The position numbers and the translations under genes were made by a program. A stretch of 64,000 nt of DNA from Eledone cirrhosa (taxonomy: Eukaryota), in the NCBI GenBank assembly GCA_964016885.1, contig OZ024741.1, positions 86,552,001 through 86,616,000 on the forward strand, read 5' to 3'. A model generated the notes under the pieces. The model searched no databases. It was given only the letters and a program-made list of their open reading frames with translations, and had not been told where the DNA came from. Positions 59,950-64,000 of this stretch are shown in pieces (position 1 is the stretch's first letter; every line of letters starts with the position of its first letter).

Positions 59950-61270
59950 AACAAAAGATGGTTAAAAGAGTTCCATTTATTTTATTATGCACATTTCAAA
60001 AACAAATATCATCATGCAATAATATTTGTGTTTTCATCAGATAAAACAGGAAGACATGATATGAAGGTTAAAAAACACTTGTGGATAGTGCAGTTTTAAA
60101 TCAACATATGAGAAGTAGTTTTAGATTGATGTGTGATATTGGGAAAAATATTTTATTTTGAGGGGGGAGGGGTGGAAAGGATGAAAAAGAGGAGGAGATG
60201 AGAGTAAAAAGTGGAGAGGGAGGAGTATAATGAGGAAGGATGAGATAGGAGGAGAGATGGTGATAGAGAGAGATAGCTTTTATAACTGAGAAAGATATAT
60301 TGTTTTACATAGAGAGGTTGAAAACCGTTGGAAGATAATGTATAAGTTAAAAGAATTTGAAAATTAACGAAGAGAAAAAAATAATGTAAAGTTAAGGTTT
60401 GTATATTGAGGGGTTTAATAATATGTGCGATGAAAAGAAAATGTTAATATGTATTAAGAATAATATTTAAGTGTTTAATAACATGTGCGATGGAAAGAGA
60501 AAGTTAATATGTATTAAGAATGATATTTAAGGGTTTAATAATATGTGCGATGGAAAGAAAATGTTGATATGTATTATTAAAAAGAACAACAGGTAATTTA
60601 AGTAAGGATATATTGTGAGATGAGCATGAATGAGTTAGATGAAAGGGAGAAAAGAATAATGAATTGAGGATGAATAATCTAACGTCAAAAGATGTTTATG
60701 TTTACGAAGGATTTTTACAAGGTGATATAGAGTAAGAATGTATTGTATTATGTAATAATTGATTCTATGTTAGGCAACAGTGAGAAAAGGTACAGAATAG
60801 GGGTTAGACATTAAAAGAAAAAGAGAAGAAAGGGAAGTGATAAATAGGAGCGATATAGAATCAGTAACAAGTATTATAGAATGTATAATAACCTTTGAAA
60901 TAAGGTAGAAAGATGGGTATATTTTTAAAGAAGTGTATATATATATATATATGTGTGCCTTTGAGAAAAAGATTCTAAATTGATAAAGATTTGGATATTA
61001 GCTGTATACTTTGTGGAATGTTTTGTGGAATGTATGCAAGCAGATAGAAAACAAGTCAGTGCGTCTATTTATTATAAAATCTAAATTAGATATAATGGTA
61101 ATTTTTTCATTTAGACAGAGATTGCAAATTTTGGATAGAGAACTGTTCAAGTATGGAGACGCAGAAGAAACCTTCTTCCAAAAGATGCTATATTTAATAT
61201 TTTTGTCTTTCAAGGACCATATGAGTTTTGAGAGAGCCGTGTTGGTTCTTTTAAGTTTGTATTTAAAAGA
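59950..61270 (-). mobile_element. 5'-truncated Penelope-like element (GIY-YIG C-terminus plus long 3' pLTR)
   Basis: ALSKLIWS.KDKNIKYSIFWK...KICNLCLNEK...IINRRTDLFSICLH; 60-bp tandem repeat at 60411-60575; hammerhead at the 3' end. Confidence 0.75.
59980..60046 (-). ncRNA. Minimal type I hammerhead ribozyme
   Basis: UUUUAU-CUGAUGA-stem II (AAACACAAAUAUU...GAUAUUUGUUUUU)-GAAA-UGUGCA-UA-AUAAAA, with a 6-bp stem I. Confidence 0.72.
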
Positions 61271-61272
61271 CG

Positions 61273-61378
61273 CAGGACCCGAGGGCGAACGCTATTCTGT
61301 TCCTTCAACCTCAGCCGGTCGCTCCAGGGCGACCAGCTGAGGTTGAAGGAACAGAATAGCGGTCGCCCCTGGGTCCTG
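61273..61378. repeat. GC-rich ~50-bp-arm hairpin at the junction of inverted Penelope pieces
   Basis: CAGGACCC.AGGGCGA.CGCTATTCTGTTCCTTCAACCTCAGC.GGTCGC versus GCGACC.GCTGAGGTTGAAGGAACAGAATAGCG.TCGCCC.TGGGTCCTG. Confidence 0.9.
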
Positions 61379-61429
61379 GATTTTCAGCTCCATGGATTTT
61401 ATCTATTACATTCACGTATTATATTTCGA

Positions 61430-61487
61430 ATACCTGATGATATCACCGGATTCATACGGAAGCCGGTCATTGAAATGATCATAGTAT
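61430..61487 (+). ncRNA. Minimal type I hammerhead ribozyme followed by AATAAA
   Basis: AUAC-CUGAUGA-stem II (ACCGG...CCGGU)-GAAA-UGAUCA (palindrome)-UA-GUAU; AATAAA at 61488-61493. Confidence 0.68.
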
Positions 61488-61681
61488 AATAAACCTTTCA
61501 AGGATTTACACAAATCCAGCCTCCTGTCACTTCATTATAAAATTTAACTCCGTAATAGCACCACCAACTACAAAAACAAAGACGGTTGAACTGCCTTACG
61601 TTGAGTACTCTCTATATTATTGCATTACGATTGACCATACGGAATAGACCAGCTCTATACAGTGGTGAACCTCAAACCTGA

Positions 61682-61720
<39 letters not shown>

Positions 61721-61803
61721 TATATACATATGTATATACATATATACATATACATATACATATATATATATACACACACACACATATATATATACATATA
61801 TAT

Positions 61804-61834
<31 letters not shown>

Positions 61835-62017
61835 CATATATATATACATACATATATATATACACACACACACACATATATATATATATACATATATATA
61901 CACATATATAGATATATATAAATACACACACATATATATATACATATATATATACACACACATATATATATATACACACATATATATATATATACATATT
62001 GCAATATATATATATAT

Positions 62018-62099
<82 letters not shown>

Positions 62100-62452
62100 G
62101 GATATATATATATATATATATATATATGGATATATATATATATATGGATATATATATATATATATATATATATGGATATATATATATATGGATATATATA
62201 TATATATGGATATATATGGATATATATATATATATGGATATATATATATATATATGGATATATATATATATGGATATATATGGATATATATATATATATG
62301 GATATATATATATATATATGGATATATATATATATATATATATATATATGGATATATATATATATGGATATATATATATATGGATATATATATATATATG
62401 GATATATATATATATATGGATATATATATATATATGGATATATATATATATA

Positions 62453-62737
62453 TTGGTGCCGCGCCATCGAGGCCGAAACAAATGAGATCGTGTAGGTGTC
62501 ACGACAAAAAAACACACAGTCCACGCTGTAATGTGGCCGTGTAGGCAACACGGTAAAAACCTCCCAGACCCACACTGTAAATGTGGTTGGTGTTAGGAAG
62601 GGCATCCAACTGTAGAAAACCTGCCAGACAGTCCTATGCGAGCAAGACAATCACTCTTGCCTCAAGTGGGACTACCCCCGTCCAAACCCATGCAAGCGTG
62701 GAACACGGACGTTAAACGTTGATGATGATGATGATGA
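62453..62737 (+). mobile_element. RTE family B 3' UTR fragment inside a (TA)nGGA array
   Basis: Near-exact reverse complement of 22686-22971. Confidence 0.88.
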
Positions 62738-62886
62738 TATATGGATATATATATATATATGGATATATATATATATGGATATATATATATGGATATATAT
62801 ATATATATATGGATATATATATGGATATATATATGGATATATATATATATATGGATATATATATGGATATATATATATATATATAT

Positions 62887-62920
<34 letters not shown>

Positions 62921-62992
62921 ATATATATATATATGGATATATATATATATGGATATATATATATATATATGGATATATATATATATATATAT

Positions 62993-64000
62993 ATCATCAT
63001 CATCATCATCATCATCACCGTTTTACGTCCGTTCTTCCACGCTAGCATGGGTTAGACGGGTTGTCCTGTTGTGGGCAGTGTCTGGTCGGCTGACCATGCC
63101 TTGCTCATACAGGAACTGATCTGGCTTGATTTCTACAGCTGGATGCCCTTCCTAACACCAACCTCATTTACAGTGAGTGCTGGGTGCTTTTTCGTGGCGC
63201 CTACACGTCCACTTTACAGTGTGGGCTGGGTGCTTTTTTGCCGTGGCACCTCCACGACCACCTTGCGGTTGGGGGGGGGGGGGCATATTGTTTATATGCT
63301 TCAGCATGTACCCATGGGAGGTCGGGTACCCTGTAATACTGCGTGACGCCAGAAGTCACGGTCGTGTGTCATTGACTTTGAGAGGTGTAGTTGGGTAAGG
63401 TCGGCTTTTATCACCTCATCCCAAGTCATCTTGGGTCTCCCCACTCCGCGGTTTCCATCAACTTCTAGTGCTCTGCACCTTTTTATGCAGCTGTCATCCT
63501 TCATACGCATCACATGTCCATACCAGCGTAACCGCCTCTCCTGCACGCAGCATTTGATTCCTCTTATGCTCAGTCTCTCTCTCAATTCCTTTATGCTTTG
63601 TCGTTCACGTATATTACTGTTACACATCCATCGGAGCATGCAGGCTTCGTTTCTCTCTAATCTACGTAAGTCTTCCACCTTCAGCGCCCAGGTCTCACTA
63701 CCATGCAACATCGCTGTTCGGATACACGCATCATACAGTCTGCCTTTCATTCTGAGGGAGAAGCCTTTTGCAGCTAGCAGTGGTAGTAGTTCCCTAAACT
63801 TCTTCCATCCCGTTCTTACCCTAGTTATTGTACTTTCTGAGCACCCACCTCCGTTGCTAATTCGGTCACCTAGGTAGCAGAAGCTGTCTACTATTTCTAC
63901 AGGGCCCTCCCAGAGATTGGTGGTACTTGTTTCCTGTGGCTGTTTGCTGCTTGCCGTCCCAGCACAGCTGCTGCATGTGAATCCTACATTCTTAATTAAG
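62993..64000 (-). mobile_element. RTE family A copy 3 (3' part; continues beyond the window)
   Basis: The 149-aa ORF 63750-63301 is almost identical to the C-terminus of the 18903 ORF; same UTR and tail. Confidence 0.93.

Overview
AT-rich, microsatellite-dense animal genomic DNA. The repeat content suggests a coleoid cephalopod such as an octopus (inference only). The one recognisable host sequence is a 91-nt minus-strand exon (10023-10113, TYAPTGFNTYNATYDVSDTYKIEMSVWDTSG) of a Rnd/RhoE-like atypical Rho GTPase, which the ORF track misses. The rest is a pile-up of mobile DNA: at least three RTE-clade LINE families (one copy with an intact 1039-aa APE+RT ORF; every copy covering the region has a PHD-type C4HC3 zinc finger inserted after the RT palm), two tRNA-derived SINE families, CR1/L2-group remnants, Tc1/mariner remnants, a non-autonomous Helitron containing a CRE-clade endonuclease fragment, a near-complete Penelope-like element, and several Penelope fragments, two with minimal type I hammerhead ribozymes. 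Unexplained structures include two ~600-bp-period LTR-like units beside (TA)n tracts, several near-perfect foldback hairpins, and a 19-20-bp minisatellite derived from LINE coding sequence. The many Tyr/Ile/Cys/Val-rich ORFs are microsatellite artefacts. Element boundaries were read by eye and are approximate unless stated.
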